Shown one piece after another: positions 49,774 through 61,155 of a stretch of DNA of 64,000 bases; the stretch's first letter is position 1; every line of letters starts with the position of its first letter. The DNA lies in the sequence record NC_055733.1; one strand, given 5' to 3'. A model generated the notes under the pieces. It was not told the origin of the DNA and did not search any database. It was given only the letters and a program-made list of their open reading frames with translations. Both the position numbers and the translations under genes were made by a program.

Positions 49774-50339
49774 TGTTGATGCAATTTTTTGACCCGATTA
49801 ACTACAACGGTATTCCAACTGCGAATATTTTTAAGAGTTACGGTAAGTATTTTAATGAAGTCGCTGGTAGTTTCGTATTGCGTCGTTATTTCGTGACGGG
49901 TGATCCCCGTCCTGAATTGCTGGCTCATAGACTTTATGGAAACAGTTCGTATTACTGGATTCTGTTGATGTTGAATAATATATATGATCCGTTTCATGGA
50001 TGGATTAAATCGCAGGAGCAAGTTTATAGCTCTGCCGCGCAAAAATATAAGAATCTACCAGACAAAGAAAACACGGTATTATATCATGTTGATTCTGACG
50101 GCAAACGATATTACCGAATGAAAGAGTTTCCTGTTGGATCAAAGAACTGGTATGATATTGGAGACACACTTCATCGATTTGTTCAGCACACGGGTGCGCT
50201 TGCTCCCGTTAGTGCGATTGAACATGAGTTGAATGAGAATGAAAACAAGAGAAACATTTTTATTTTGAGTCCGGCTGATTTGCAGACTTTTCTGGATATG
50301 TTGACTCGTAGAATGGAGAGAGTTCGTCGTGGCAGTTGA
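49773..50339 (+). CDS. 53: Baseplate wedge protein gp53 (LysM)
   Basis: RPELLAHRLYGNSSYYWILLMLNNIYDPFHGWIKS. Confidence 0.93.
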   Translation: MLMQFFDPINYNGIPTANIFKSYGKYFNEVAGSFVLRRYFVTGDPRPELLAHRLYGNSSYYWILLMLNNIYDPFHGWIKSQEQVYSSAAQKYKNLPDKENTVLYHVDSDGKRYYRMKEFPVGSKNWYDIGDTLHRFVQHTGALAPVSAIEHELNENENKRNIFILSPADLQTFLDMLTRRMERVRRGS

Positions 50340-51554
50340 CCGTATTAGTACCAACTCGCTTGAGAATTTCACGATTGAGCGAATTCTGGTAATGCAAGGT
50401 GAAAACGGATTTGAAGTCAGTGATGCGTTTTACTCAATCGAGATAAACGAGGGAATGACTAAGGGATTTATGACTGGTGTTCTTACGATTAAGAATGATG
50501 CTGATTTTCTCGATGTTGCTATGAATCCTAGAGGTGATGAATACATCGAGATCAGCTTTTATCACAAATACCCAGGTGGTGCTTCTGGTAAAAAGTTCAC
50601 CAAGCTATTCCGTGTTAACTCTTATAAAGAGTTTACCGACGCAAATACAATGAGTCGTGGTGTAATTGAATTCCATTTTGAGAGTGTTGGATCTATTGAT
50701 AACGAATTCGTTAGAGTTTCTAAGTCTTATTCCAACGTTGTACCCATGTTATTGTTGCTGATATGCTCAAACTTCTTGGATACAAAGACATTGATATGAA
50801 GATTGAGCCAACTCTTTATAACAAAGATATTGTTATTCCTAATTTGACTCCGATTGAAGTGATAGGACATCTTGTTAATCATTCTCAATCGGGTGATAGT
50901 ATTACGAAAGGAGATAGCAACTTTTATTTCTTTGAGAACAGGGATCAGATCAACTTTGTTAGTGGATCGAGTATTGTCAACACTGCTCCGGTTGCGACTT
51001 ATGTTTATAACATGACAAGCGATCAGAATTTCCAAGGAAAGGTAATCAAGTTTGTTCGAGATCGCGGATATAACTTGCGGGATCAGGCAAGAAACGGTGC
51101 TTTTGGTGTGACTGTTATTTCAAACAGTCTTGTTGATAAGAGTTATAGAGTTACTCCCTTGGAAGTTGAAAGTGTCAAAGCGGTATATAAGACTTTGAAT
51201 ACGGATAAGTGGTATGGAGGCACAGTTGGAAACAATCGTGATTCATGTATTCTTATGTCTAGTGAGGATCAGATGTATCAATATTTGAACATGGGTTCTA
51301 ACGGTAATAGCCTCGGTATTCAAAGAGTAAATAGATCAAACTTTAATGCCAAACGCGCATTCGCTCGTATTGGTGGAAATACCGACATTACAAGCGGAAG
51401 TGTTATCGACTTGAAAGTGCCGAGTATGAGTGGAAATAGCAATAACAGAGATAGCGGCAAGTGGATCGTTTTCTCTGTTCGTCACTTCCTAACTCGGGAG
51501 CAATATTTTATGGATCTTGAGTTAATGAGTGATTCCGATATTAGGAGAACTTAA
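50329..51554 (+). CDS. 27: Baseplate hub protein gp27-like (frameshifted near 50740)
   Basis: Between 53 and 5; FYFFENR..INF and SGKWIVFSVRH. The frames join as SNV/CTHVIVADMLK. Confidence 0.72.
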
Positions 51555-53368
51555 TGTTTTACGGATTACAATATAAGTGGTTCGAAGGAGTCGTGGAGGA
51601 TCGATTTGATCCTCTCGATCTGGGACGTGTTCGTGTTCGTGTGATGGGAATTCATAGCAATCAAAAAGCAAAGAACGACAAGAATGGTATCCCAACAGAA
51701 GAGTTATTGTGGATGCATCCAATGCTCCCAATTACATCTGCATCTATGTCCGGTATAGGACAAAGTCCAACTGGATTAGTTGAAGGCTCACATGTTGTTG
51801 GATATTTTAGAGATTCATTTTGTCAAGATGGTGTTATTATAGGATCTCTACCTGGGATTTATAAAAATAAGCCAGATTCGACAAAAGGATTCGCTGATCC
51901 GAACGGACAATATCCGAGATACGTCGGCAATGACGTAAACGTATTGGCTGGAGGTGGACAACCAGGAAGCGGAGGTTCTGGTAGCGGAGCTATGGTAGGT
52001 CCAAACGGTGAGCCTATTTCCGTTTATACTCAGAATGAGAATACTGGACTAGCAGTTAAGCCGGATGATACACCAGCCGGAGAATATATTCCAGACGATG
52101 ATCCAAATTTCACGATTGAAAAGATGCTTGTTCAAGACGAAGGTGTCCGCACTAAATGGTATCTTGACTCGGAGGGATATCCAACAATTGGAATCGGTCA
52201 TTTGATTATAAGAGAAAGAACGAGTAACTTGGTAACGATCAACTCTATTTTGAGTGCTCAATTAGGAAGAGTTGTTACTGGTGGTGTTATTACTTCGGAA
52301 GAAGTTAGCAAACTATTTCAACAAGACTTGAATAAAGTTCGGGCTGATATTATGCGGTTTACTTCTATTGCTCAAGTTTATATGAAAGCAAACAGATCTC
52401 GCCAAATGGCAATCGAGAATATGTGCTTTCAAATGGGTGCAGGTGGTCTCGCTAAGTTCAAAAACACACTAGCGGCTATGGCGCGTGAAGATTGGCCGGC
52501 GGCTTACAACGGATTACGCGACTCATTGTGGGCTAGACAAACTCCAGGACGCTCTGCTAGAGTTTCCAAGATTATTCTAACGGGTAACTTAGAGTCGTAT
52601 GGCGTAATGACTCCAGAAGCGGCTCCAAAGCTTATGCGAGTGAATAACGAAGACCCCATTGGCACAGTATCTCCTAGAGCTACAATCGAAGACTCTGATG
52701 ACCCAGAAAATCCGCCAGAAGAGCCGAAGACTCGAATAATGTTCGAGGAGCCCAAATCAAGCTACGCGGCTCAATATCCATATAATCACGTTTATGAATC
52801 TGAGAGTGGGCATATTCAGGAATTCGATGATACTCCTGGCAAAGAACGTTACCACAGAAAACACCCGACTGGCACTTTTGAAGAAATACGCCCAGACGGA
52901 ACACGTTTAGTTAAAATCGTTGGTGAGGATTATCTAATCGTCAAAAACGGAAGAAATCTAAACGTAAAGGGTAATTTGAAAGTTGTTATAGAGGGCAACG
53001 CGGAAATGTATTATATGGGAAATGTTACACAAACAATCGACGGTAACATGACTCAAATGATACGCGGTAATGTTCAAGAGACGGTAGAAGGAAACGTTAA
53101 TCAACATGTTGTTGGCAACGTTGATCAATTTATCGAAGGTAACGTGGGTCAACTTATTAGTGGCAACGTCAATCAAAATATAGACGGTAATGTTACACAG
53201 GGGATTAAAGGAAATCAAACATCAAATGTTGACGGAAACTATAAATTAACTGTCAAGGGAAACTATGATGTTGTTGCTACTGGTAACGCTAAGATGAAGG
53301 GACAAAACGCTACTATGGAAGCTTCTGCTACCGCCCAAGTCAGCGGCTCAACTATTAATCTAAACTAA
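51554..53368 (+). CDS. 5: Baseplate hub spike / tail lysozyme gp5
   Basis: OB fold DPLDLGRVRVR; T4-lysozyme domain DEG..Y.DSEGYPTIGIGH; C-terminal VxGN beta-helix repeats. Confidence 0.97.
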   Translation: MFYGLQYKWFEGVVEDRFDPLDLGRVRVRVMGIHSNQKAKNDKNGIPTEELLWMHPMLPITSASMSGIGQSPTGLVEGSHVVGYFRDSFCQDGVIIGSLPGIYKNKPDSTKGFADPNGQYPRYVGNDVNVLAGGGQPGSGGSGSGAMVGPNGEPISVYTQNENTGLAVKPDDTPAGEYIPDDDPNFTIEKMLVQDEGVRTKWYLDSEGYPTIGIGHLIIRERTSNLVTINSILSAQLGRVVTGGVITSEEVSKLFQQDLNKVRADIMRFTSIAQVYMKANRSRQMAIENMCFQMGAGGLAKFKNTLAAMAREDWPAAYNGLRDSLWARQTPGRSARVSKIILTGNLESYGVMTPEAAPKLMRVNNEDPIGTVSPRATIEDSDDPENPPEEPKTRIMFEEPKSSYAAQYPYNHVYESESGHIQEFDDTPGKERYHRKHPTGTFEEIRPDGTRLVKIVGEDYLIVKNGRNLNVKGNLKVVIEGNAEMYYMGNVTQTIDGNMTQMIRGNVQETVEGNVNQHVVGNVDQFIEGNVGQLISGNVNQNIDGNVTQGIKGNQTSNVDGNYKLTVKGNYDVVATGNAKMKGQNATMEASATAQVSGSTINLN

Positions 53369-53377
53369 GGAAAAAGA

Positions 53378-53932
53378 ATGGCAAATATAGTCGATCCGCT
53401 TGGTGGATGGGAACAATATGCCAATATCTACGAGTATTACGAGGGGGCAGGAAATCTGCCCGTTCGTCAGACGATTGAATTTGGCGCAAATATCGATCCA
53501 CTAACGGAAGTTGTATTATCGGTTCGCGTTGATGTTAACGTGTTAATCGAAGATTACGGCGGAAGTAGAAGGGGCTTGCTTGTTGAGCCTAAGTTTGTTG
53601 ATTATTTTGAAAAGAACGGAGCTAAGTTCACAATAAAATATAGGGATCGGAAAACACTTGAAATAAAAACTGCCAATGGTTTCTCCGAGTTGCCTTTTGA
53701 TCCAAAAACTTGTGATATTATTGAGTTTAATCCACCCGGTGAATTGTCAGCTCAAATAATATACAAACCTACTATCACTTATAGAAAATACGATCCTCTC
53801 AATCCAGGACTTCCTGGCACAGTTCAAAACACCTCAAAAACATACATTCAGACGCTTCATGGATCATATCAGGGATGGGCAAATAAACTCAAAGATTACA
53901 TAAATAAGAGTGGACCATTTCCGAGGATATAA
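53378..53932 (+). CDS. Hypothetical baseplate-region protein (5.1-like position)
   Basis: Position after gene 5; no clear motif. Confidence 0.5.
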   Translation: MANIVDPLGGWEQYANIYEYYEGAGNLPVRQTIEFGANIDPLTEVVLSVRVDVNVLIEDYGGSRRGLLVEPKFVDYFEKNGAKFTIKYRDRKTLEIKTANGFSELPFDPKTCDIIEFNPPGELSAQIIYKPTITYRKYDPLNPGLPGTVQNTSKTYIQTLHGSYQGWANKLKDYINKSGPFPRI

Positions 53933-53933
53933 C

Positions 53934-54227
53934 ATGGCAGGAATTGTATTAAACATGGCCCCAACTATTGGACCGGGGCCGTGGAAACCTTCAAAAGTTG
54001 TTGGCACTAGCTCTACTGTATTTGCAGAGGGCCAACAAATCGTAGTTAAACAAGATGATCAAGTAATAAAACATGAAAGGCCAGACGGACCTGATTGGAA
54101 GCAAGGCAAAGTTATCGCAAGCACTTCTAAAGTATTTGTTGAAGGAAAGCCAATTGCTCAAATCGGAGACGTATGCACCGATGGTGAAATACTGGTGAAG
54201 TCGGCAACAAGCGTATTTGCTTCATAA
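53934..54227 (+). CDS. 5.4: PAAR-like spike tip gp5.4
   Basis: STVFAEG...SKVFVEGKPIAQIGD.C..G.....A.SVF. Confidence 0.8.
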   Translation: MAGIVLNMAPTIGPGPWKPSKVVGTSSTVFAEGQQIVVKQDDQVIKHERPDGPDWKQGKVIASTSKVFVEGKPIAQIGDVCTDGEILVKSATSVFAS

Positions 54228-54236
54228 GGAGAAATC

Positions 54237-54659
54237 ATGAGTTTGTTTAAAAATCGACTGCGAATGTTAGCGGTTGATACAAAAGAGTATTATTCCGATA
54301 TTTCTGCTGATTTTAGCCGAGACTTCCGAGACAACGATATTAGTGTAGTCACGAATGTTAGTGCTGTTCAACAATCTATGGCAGGAATTATTGGAACGCG
54401 ACGTGGTGAACGTCCATTCGACCCCAATTTCGGATGCGATATTCATAACTCGCTGTTTGAAAACATGAGCGAGGCATCGGCTACCGCGATTGAACGCTCG
54501 ATATACGACGCAATAGGCAACTATGAGCCTCGTGTTCGAATTGAAAACGTATCCGTTATTCCAGTATATGACAGAAACGAATATATCGTTACTCTGTATT
54601 ATCGGCTAATAACAGATCTCAACTATTTGTACGAACTTAAAATGGGAGTAGCTGGATAA
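54237..54659 (+). CDS. 25: Baseplate wedge/sheath initiator gp25
   Basis: TRRGERPFDPNFGCDI...LFE and IGNYEPRV. Confidence 0.95.
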   Translation: MSLFKNRLRMLAVDTKEYYSDISADFSRDFRDNDISVVTNVSAVQQSMAGIIGTRRGERPFDPNFGCDIHNSLFENMSEASATAIERSIYDAIGNYEPRVRIENVSVIPVYDRNEYIVTLYYRLITDLNYLYELKMGVAG

Positions 54660-56602
54660 TGGCTAATAAGATTAATGCAGTGGATTTGCCGAAGGATTTT
54701 ACCGGTGCTTCGTTTGAGCAAATCAAAGTAAAGCTGATTCGTTGGTTGCAGAATCAGGATGAATTTAAAGATTATAATTTCGCTGGCAGTCGCTTATCCG
54801 TTTTGACTGATTTACTGGCATACGCAACCCTGTATATTCAACAGTTTGGTAACGCCGCTGTATTTGAAAGCTTCTTGCGTCTTGCACAACTGAGATCGTC
54901 GGTTGTTCAGCATGTACAGGATCAGGGTTATTTGCCTTCTACTGCGAGCGCGAGTGGAACAACTGTTCGATTCACTGGATATTACAGTCCTATGGAATCA
55001 AGTCCGATTTCTATTACTATTCCTCGTGGAACAAAGTTCACCGGCTCGATTGAAGATATCGATTTCTATGATTATGTAACTTGGGATGATGTTCAAGTTA
55101 TCCGAGGCATTAACAATCGTTATATTACAGATCTTGCGTTGAAACAGGGTAGAATTATTCGTCAGGAAATGATTTACCAGAAAGATAGTATTATCGAGAT
55201 TAACGATACCAGTATTGATAGAAACTATGTTCGTGTTTATGTTGACGGCGCTCCTTGGACGGACTGGACCACTAAGCCTCTTGTTAGTGTTGGTGGTACA
55301 AGCACTGTATTTTATCAGCGTGAAACAATCGACGGATATACCGAGATTTTCTTCGGTGAAGGCGAGAAAGTAATTAAAGCTAATGGACAGTTGAGTTCAA
55401 GCTTTGTTGGTGGATTAAAGCCTTCCGTTGGCTCAACTATCGTTATTGAATATCTGACTACCGACGGCAAAGTCGCTAACGGGTGTCGTAATTTTGCATA
55501 CGTTGATACTATTCCAAATATTGTCGTTGAGCGCATCGAAGAAAATCCAACTTCTCCGCTTGGAAAAGATGACCCAAATTATACAGGTGCAGCCGGTGGT
55601 GGTGGAGAGGAAGATATTGAGCGTCTGCGCGAACTTGGACCTATTATGAGAGAGACCCAGCGCCGTGCGGTTACTCGATCTGATTATGAGGCTTTCGTCA
55701 ACTACCGTTTTGGTAACATCGTTCAAGCTGTTCAATGTTATACAGATTCAGAAAAGCCTGGATATGCATTTATTGCTATCAAGCCAAAAGACGGGCTTTA
55801 TTTGACTACCGTTCAGAAAGAAGATATTCAAAACTTCCTGCGCGAATACAACGTGGCAACAATTACCCCCGTTGTTCATAGTCCGAATTACCTATATGTC
55901 AAATCGAACGTGAAGGTAACATACGCAATGAATAACTTGAGTCAAACAGAAGAGTGGCTACAGGGTAAAGTATTGGACGCAATTGACCGCTATTACATCG
56001 AAGAAGTTGAGATTTTCAACAAGGGCTTCTATACATCCAAATTGAACGGACGAATTGATGATGCGGATATATCAATTCTTGGTACTACTACGAATATCGG
56101 TCTTGTTCGCGAAATTGAGAATTTCTATTCTTCTCCAATGATTGGCATTAAATACTTGAATAAGATTACCGAAGGATCAGTATACAGCTCTGATATCAAG
56201 TATACTCCAAGAGCGGGAACAAGTTATAATGTTCATTATGTCGGTACAAGAAAGAACAATGTTTCATTTAACGGCAAAGTTGGAATGACTTTGATTGGAC
56301 CATTCGCCGTTGGTGATATCACCGGTGTTCCTGCATATACAGGAAACGACTTTGATCGCAAAGTTATTGACGGCAGAAATCTATATTATGCTGTTGGTGA
56401 AGTTGATTATGTTGCCGATGCGATTTCTTTCAATCTAGGTGTTCTAAATCAGAATATCGATAAGTTTAGTTCTGCTTATATTGAACTTCATGCAACACCC
56501 GTCGAAGATAACATTTATACTTCCGACGGAACAATGATTGTGTTCGAAAATAACCTCAGACCACAATATACCACTATTCAAATGGAGGCGGTAGTTCGCT
56601 AA
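54659..56602 (+). CDS. 6: Baseplate wedge protein gp6
   Basis: FKDYNFAGSRLSVLTDLLAY and RRAVTRSDYE. Confidence 0.95.
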   Translation: MANKINAVDLPKDFTGASFEQIKVKLIRWLQNQDEFKDYNFAGSRLSVLTDLLAYATLYIQQFGNAAVFESFLRLAQLRSSVVQHVQDQGYLPSTASASGTTVRFTGYYSPMESSPISITIPRGTKFTGSIEDIDFYDYVTWDDVQVIRGINNRYITDLALKQGRIIRQEMIYQKDSIIEINDTSIDRNYVRVYVDGAPWTDWTTKPLVSVGGTSTVFYQRETIDGYTEIFFGEGEKVIKANGQLSSSFVGGLKPSVGSTIVIEYLTTDGKVANGCRNFAYVDTIPNIVVERIEENPTSPLGKDDPNYTGAAGGGGEEDIERLRELGPIMRETQRRAVTRSDYEAFVNYRFGNIVQAVQCYTDSEKPGYAFIAIKPKDGLYLTTVQKEDIQNFLREYNVATITPVVHSPNYLYVKSNVKVTYAMNNLSQTEEWLQGKVLDAIDRYYIEEVEIFNKGFYTSKLNGRIDDADISILGTTTNIGLVREIENFYSSPMIGIKYLNKITEGSVYSSDIKYTPRAGTSYNVHYVGTRKNNVSFNGKVGMTLIGPFAVGDITGVPAYTGNDFDRKVIDGRNLYYAVGEVDYVADAISFNLGVLNQNIDKFSSAYIELHATPVEDNIYTSDGTMIVFENNLRPQYTTIQMEAVVR

Positions 56603-59600
56603 TGATTAAGGCACCCACGATTACCAGCTTGCGTATAGCAAAGCTTGGTGCAAACTTCTTGCACTTGAAATGGGATGACGTGGGTTCTAACTTCTTTTAC
56701 ATCGTAGAATATTCCATCGATAACGGTGATGGAAATTATGCGTGGATTCAGCGCGGGGTCACACCAGACCCAGACTGGTTCGAAGATAGAATCCTTGCAC
56801 CCAACACAAAATACATTTTTAGAATCTCTACCACTTTCTCTGGATTTGAGCCGTCGGATTGGGTTTATTCTGATGTTTTTGAAACATTCGACACAAACGC
56901 TTATTCCGTTAGTACAATGTCGCAGTTGATTCCTAATAATGTTTTTGTAAAAAACAAATTGACTGATAACAAAAATTACGTGAACTTTGACAAGGATCCG
57001 ATCTATGCAACGCTGATGAACGAAAACTTTGTATATGACCCGGGTATTGCTAATATCACCAATATAGAAAACTTTATTGCCGCTGATGAGGAATCACACC
57101 TAATACAAGAAGAAGTTGAAAAGGTTTGTGTTAGCGTTGACCGTACTTATCTCGGATATAAGGACGAAGTTCTTTATACATTCGAGCGTTTCCAGAATAT
57201 GGCAAAAGTATCGAATGACGGAGGCCAAAACTGGTGGTATTATCAAGCTCTAACCGGTAGAATTGGATATCCAGTTGCTCGAACAATCATGTATCAAAAC
57301 TCAAACAGTAGTTTCCTGTTGGGTTATGATGATGTTTTCTACGGACGTCAGTCTGATGAAATCCGATTCAGTAGCAATACGCATTTCTGGTCTGACGATC
57401 AAATCACATTCGTTCGTATGGACGTCGATGCCAGTATCCCATTTAAGACTCTGGTATTCGGTCGCTACACTTCATATCCGGAAGATATTCGACGCAAGGT
57501 AGAAGCACAGGCGGCGTCCAATCAGTGGATTTATGCTGTAGCGGAAGATAAATTTCGTCGCATTCTCGTTAAGAACGCTCCTATTGGCACAGACGCAGAG
57601 GGCAACACAATCAAGATGTGGGACAGTAATGTTTACCATATCACAAATAACCCGCTTTGCGTTGTCAAGAAACTTGATGTATTCAAGGACAAATGCTACG
57701 CATTGGTAACTGGTAAAGTTGCAACTATGGAAACAGATCGTCGCAATCCGGATAATATTTTGCCTGCGTCGGAAGCCGGTGTATATCGATTTGATGAAGT
57801 ATATAAACCAGAATTATTCAAGCTTGGGAATATTAACTCGAACGGATACACAAAAGGAATTGACTTTGCAAAAATGTCGGTTACTTTTGCGGGTGGGTCA
57901 CATGCCGGTCAAGTAACAACGTCTTGGGAAAATCGAGTATTCAGGGGAAAGAACGGTGTCCAGATGACCGTTGTTCGCACTATTAGTAGCAAGAACAAAG
58001 ACGCATTTATTTTTGATGCGGATTTGAAAGATGCTGACGGAAATTTGGTTCAGGCTAAAGTTGATGCATTCAATGCCGCATTTGCAAATCCAAATGAGTT
58101 TGAGCTTATCATGGAAAATGGTCAGATTGTACTACCTGGTATTCCAAACGGTGGTTCTTGGGTCAGAGTTTTCGGTAATACCGAACAGGAAAGACTTAGC
58201 ATTGAACATAAGTTCAGCAACATGAGTACCGACGGAGTAAACATCTTTGTTAGTTCCGCTGCTTATAAGTTTGATGAAACTGTTGTTGATTCTGATTTGC
58301 CACAAAAATATCCAGATGATGTTAGTTCAGCAGTAAAATATAGTTCCGAATATCCATATTTGTCTTACAAGAGACACCACTTCTATGTATGGAAATCGGA
58401 GGACGGTGAAGAATATACAAGACGTCCGCAGACTTATTATAACGAGGCAAACTTTAGCTGGATGGCCACACATGGACAACGTTGCTGGATTTCTCATGAC
58501 AATAAAGCAGTCGTTATTAATCCGAGAAAAACACATAGCTACAGATTAGATCCGGATTACAAAACAAACAAGGAAGTATGGAATAAAGGAAACGTCAAGT
58601 TCTATCTCGAAAACGTCAAGTTTAGTGGGTTCACCCAATACTGTAACGGTATCATGATTCATAAGGGATATGATCGCGAACGCGCTTCTGGAGGAGAAAT
58701 AATTGCCTATTACGAATATCCATATCGTGTTCGTGATAATGCAACGATTGTTTGGAGACCTGAATTGGTAGCGATTGAGGCAAACTTACAAGATCAAGAA
58801 CGTCCGACACCTCCTGTTGTGAAAGATGAAACTGGACTTGTTGATCCGGACTTGAGTCACTTTATCAGAATAATGGGACCGGAAGTATATTTTGATGATG
58901 AATCCAATTTCTCTAAGTTTGGTGAATACTATCTGAAATATATTTCAGAAGGGTCTGAAACTTATTACAACAGACTTTTGAATCTGATTCGTAATAAGTA
59001 TCCAAGAGAGAAAGACAACTTCGAATATCTGTGGTCAGAAATTAGACGTCGTAACATTTATTTGGATCAGGAAAAGCGCGATTCGGTTATTAGATTCTTC
59101 GAATCAAAAGCAGCAAATTTCTATAGTTCAAAGGGAACAGAAGCGAGTTATAAATTCCTGTTCAAACTGCTATATGACGCGGACGTGGAAATCGAAGTAG
59201 AGAGTTCGGTTGGTATTGATTATGATATCGTTGTTAAGTCTGGAAACGTAGATCAAAGTCTCGTAGGACGCACTATATACACTCCTACCGGTAGAGCTAA
59301 CGTTACCTATATCGAGCGTATCTATGATAGCGGCCTGCTTCGCTGGAAGATTACATTGCATAACTTGATTGGTAAGTACGTCGAAGGGCAGATTATCAAA
59401 TCAGAGAGTTCCGCATTTGAGGGTGAAATTGTTCGTGGTGTTCGAGGTAAAGAACTTGCTTATTCTGACATTGATTATATCAACCGGAATCGTTCTTACT
59501 ATGTGATGAAAATTCGCTCCGAGTTGAACACCGCTAGGTATCGAGACGATATTTTGCGTTTTGTTCATCCTGTTGGATTCGGGTTTATTGGTATTGCTAT

Positions 59601-60093
59601 GCTAACTGTTTTTATTAACGGTGGTATTAGTATGGTGCCGCAGCAAACCATGATTGAGATAAATAAGACATACAGATGGGACTCAGGGCTTCCTAGTGTA
59701 ACTCCAAAACTGAAAACGAGTGTTAACCCGGATTCGCCGCTAGATAATCCAGATCCGTTATTTGATAGTAAAACCGGAGAATTGATCGAAGTTCAACAAG
59801 CACAGACTGCTTTTGATATTGCTAAATGGCAGACTGCGAAAGATTCAAACGGTGTTGCTTACGGAAACAGGAATTATGACGCAAACGAATCAAACGTTAC
59901 TTGGAACGGAAAAGTTTATAAACCGTCCGAAAGACGTTTAGAATGGAGTCCTTTGTTCAGTGATTTTAGTACACGATTCAGTGATTATCGCCGTCTCGTA
60001 GAACAAAGACTGAAAGACGACTTGGGAGATCCTCGTGATGTTAGTCGTTTGGTAGCTTTGAAAGAACCGTCACAAACAAGAATTGAGGAATAA
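56602..60093 (+). CDS. 7: Baseplate wedge initiator gp7
   Basis: KAP.ITSLRI.KL..N...LKWDDVG.NF.Y; KGTEASYKFLFKLLY; FVHPVGFGF. Confidence 0.93.
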   Translation: MIKAPTITSLRIAKLGANFLHLKWDDVGSNFFYIVEYSIDNGDGNYAWIQRGVTPDPDWFEDRILAPNTKYIFRISTTFSGFEPSDWVYSDVFETFDTNAYSVSTMSQLIPNNVFVKNKLTDNKNYVNFDKDPIYATLMNENFVYDPGIANITNIENFIAADEESHLIQEEVEKVCVSVDRTYLGYKDEVLYTFERFQNMAKVSNDGGQNWWYYQALTGRIGYPVARTIMYQNSNSSFLLGYDDVFYGRQSDEIRFSSNTHFWSDDQITFVRMDVDASIPFKTLVFGRYTSYPEDIRRKVEAQAASNQWIYAVAEDKFRRILVKNAPIGTDAEGNTIKMWDSNVYHITNNPLCVVKKLDVFKDKCYALVTGKVATMETDRRNPDNILPASEAGVYRFDEVYKPELFKLGNINSNGYTKGIDFAKMSVTFAGGSHAGQVTTSWENRVFRGKNGVQMTVVRTISSKNKDAFIFDADLKDADGNLVQAKVDAFNAAFANPNEFELIMENGQIVLPGIPNGGSWVRVFGNTEQERLSIEHKFSNMSTDGVNIFVSSAAYKFDETVVDSDLPQKYPDDVSSAVKYSSEYPYLSYKRHHFYVWKSEDGEEYTRRPQTYYNEANFSWMATHGQRCWISHDNKAVVINPRKTHSYRLDPDYKTNKEVWNKGNVKFYLENVKFSGFTQYCNGIMIHKGYDRERASGGEIIAYYEYPYRVRDNATIVWRPELVAIEANLQDQERPTPPVVKDETGLVDPDLSHFIRIMGPEVYFDDESNFSKFGEYYLKYISEGSETYYNRLLNLIRNKYPREKDNFEYLWSEIRRRNIYLDQEKRDSVIRFFESKAANFYSSKGTEASYKFLFKLLYDADVEIEVESSVGIDYDIVVKSGNVDQSLVGRTIYTPTGRANVTYIERIYDSGLLRWKITLHNLIGKYVEGQIIKSESSAFEGEIVRGVRGKELAYSDIDYINRNRSYYVMKIRSELNTARYRDDILRFVHPVGFGFIGIAMLTVFINGGISMVPQQTMIEINKTYRWDSGLPSVTPKLKTSVNPDSPLDNPDPLFDSKTGELIEVQQAQTAFDIAKWQTAKDSNGVAYGNRNYDANESNVTWNGKVYKPSERRLEWSPLFSDFSTRFSDYRRLVEQRLKDDLGDPRDVSRLVALKEPSQTRIEE

Positions 60094-60094
60094 A

Positions 60095-61080
60095 ATGTCT
60101 TCTATTATCTATCGTTCAATTGTAACAAGTAAGTTCAGGACAGAAAACCTCCTGAACTTTTATAACTCGATTGGCGATACGGCAGACAAACATACGATTT
60201 ACGCGACATTTGGCCGCCCAGATAAATGGGCGGACAATGAGACGGATTCTAAGTTTGCTCCACCGTATCCAGATGATTCAATCGAGGGAATCGCTGATGT
60301 ATGGTCCCGTATGTTGGGTGCTGTAAAAATCCAGCAAGCTTTATTGCGTCCTGTTGTTCCTCGTGACGACTGGGGAGATCAGCGATTTACTGATCCGTTT
60401 ATTCATCATATCGGTGATATTGTTGTAACAAACAGTGCTCCCTATAATAGAACAGAGATTGGTTCTGGGTGGATGATTTATCGTTGCGTTGATGTTCCTA
60501 ACGTCGGACAATGTAGTATTAAAAGCATTGTTGAAAAGGGCGAGTGTATGAAAATCGGAGGTAAGTGGACACCTAGCGTGAATCGCTTTTGCCTGTTGGT
60601 AAGAGTGACGGCGTTGATATGAAAGACGGATATATCTGGGAATATCTATATACGATTCCGCCCGATGTGGCAATTAACGAATGCACAAACGAGCATATTG
60701 TTGTGCCGACTCCACAGGAATTGATTTCTAATCCAACTCGTTGGGGTTATCAACATGTATTGAAGTGGTATCCCAATAAATACGATGTTATCTATAGAAT
60801 GAAATGTCATACGTTGCGATTCCGAGCGTACATTGACAGTATTTATTTTAAAGAAGCGTCTATGGTAGGTAACAAAGGTTTCCGTCAAATGAGTGTTATT
60901 CTTGATCCTATTTTGGTGAAAAATAACCCAGCAAGCCCTGATGTTAAAGCGACGGGTGCAAACTATTTGCCAAGTCAACTTGAAAGACATTCGGGCGAAA
61001 TGATTTATATGGAAAACAGACAGCCTATTATTCGTTCGCGAGATCAAACGGAAGAGTTCAACTTAGTATTTGAGTTTTAA
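60095..61080 (+). CDS. 8: Baseplate wedge protein gp8 (frameshifted near 60580)
   Basis: IYRSIVTSKFRTENLLNFY; YRCVDVP; DGYIWEYLYTIPPDV; SGEMIYMENRQPIIRS.DQTEE. Confidence 0.92.
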
Positions 61081-61085
61081 TGAGA

Positions 61086-61107
61086 GCCACCTTCGGGTGG
61101 CTTTTTT
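61086..61107 (+). terminator. UUCG terminator, followed by a CTAAATA late promoter (~61121)
   Basis: GCCACC-TTCG-GGTGGC-TTTTTT. Confidence 0.85.
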
Positions 61108-61155
61108 ATTGGTGATTTTGCTAAATAAGTTAATATAACAACGGAGAACTTTATA

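Noticed and set aside
52960-53300. Short-period repeats in gene 5 (and P-D-V-D repeats in gene 29)
   Set aside because: These are the ordinary VxGN beta-helix repeats of gp5 and a low-complexity linker, not separate elements.
48940-60600. Programmed frameshifting in genes 48, 27, 8 (and 54)
   Set aside because: No slippery heptamers are present and the truncated products make no structural sense; indel errors are more parsimonious.
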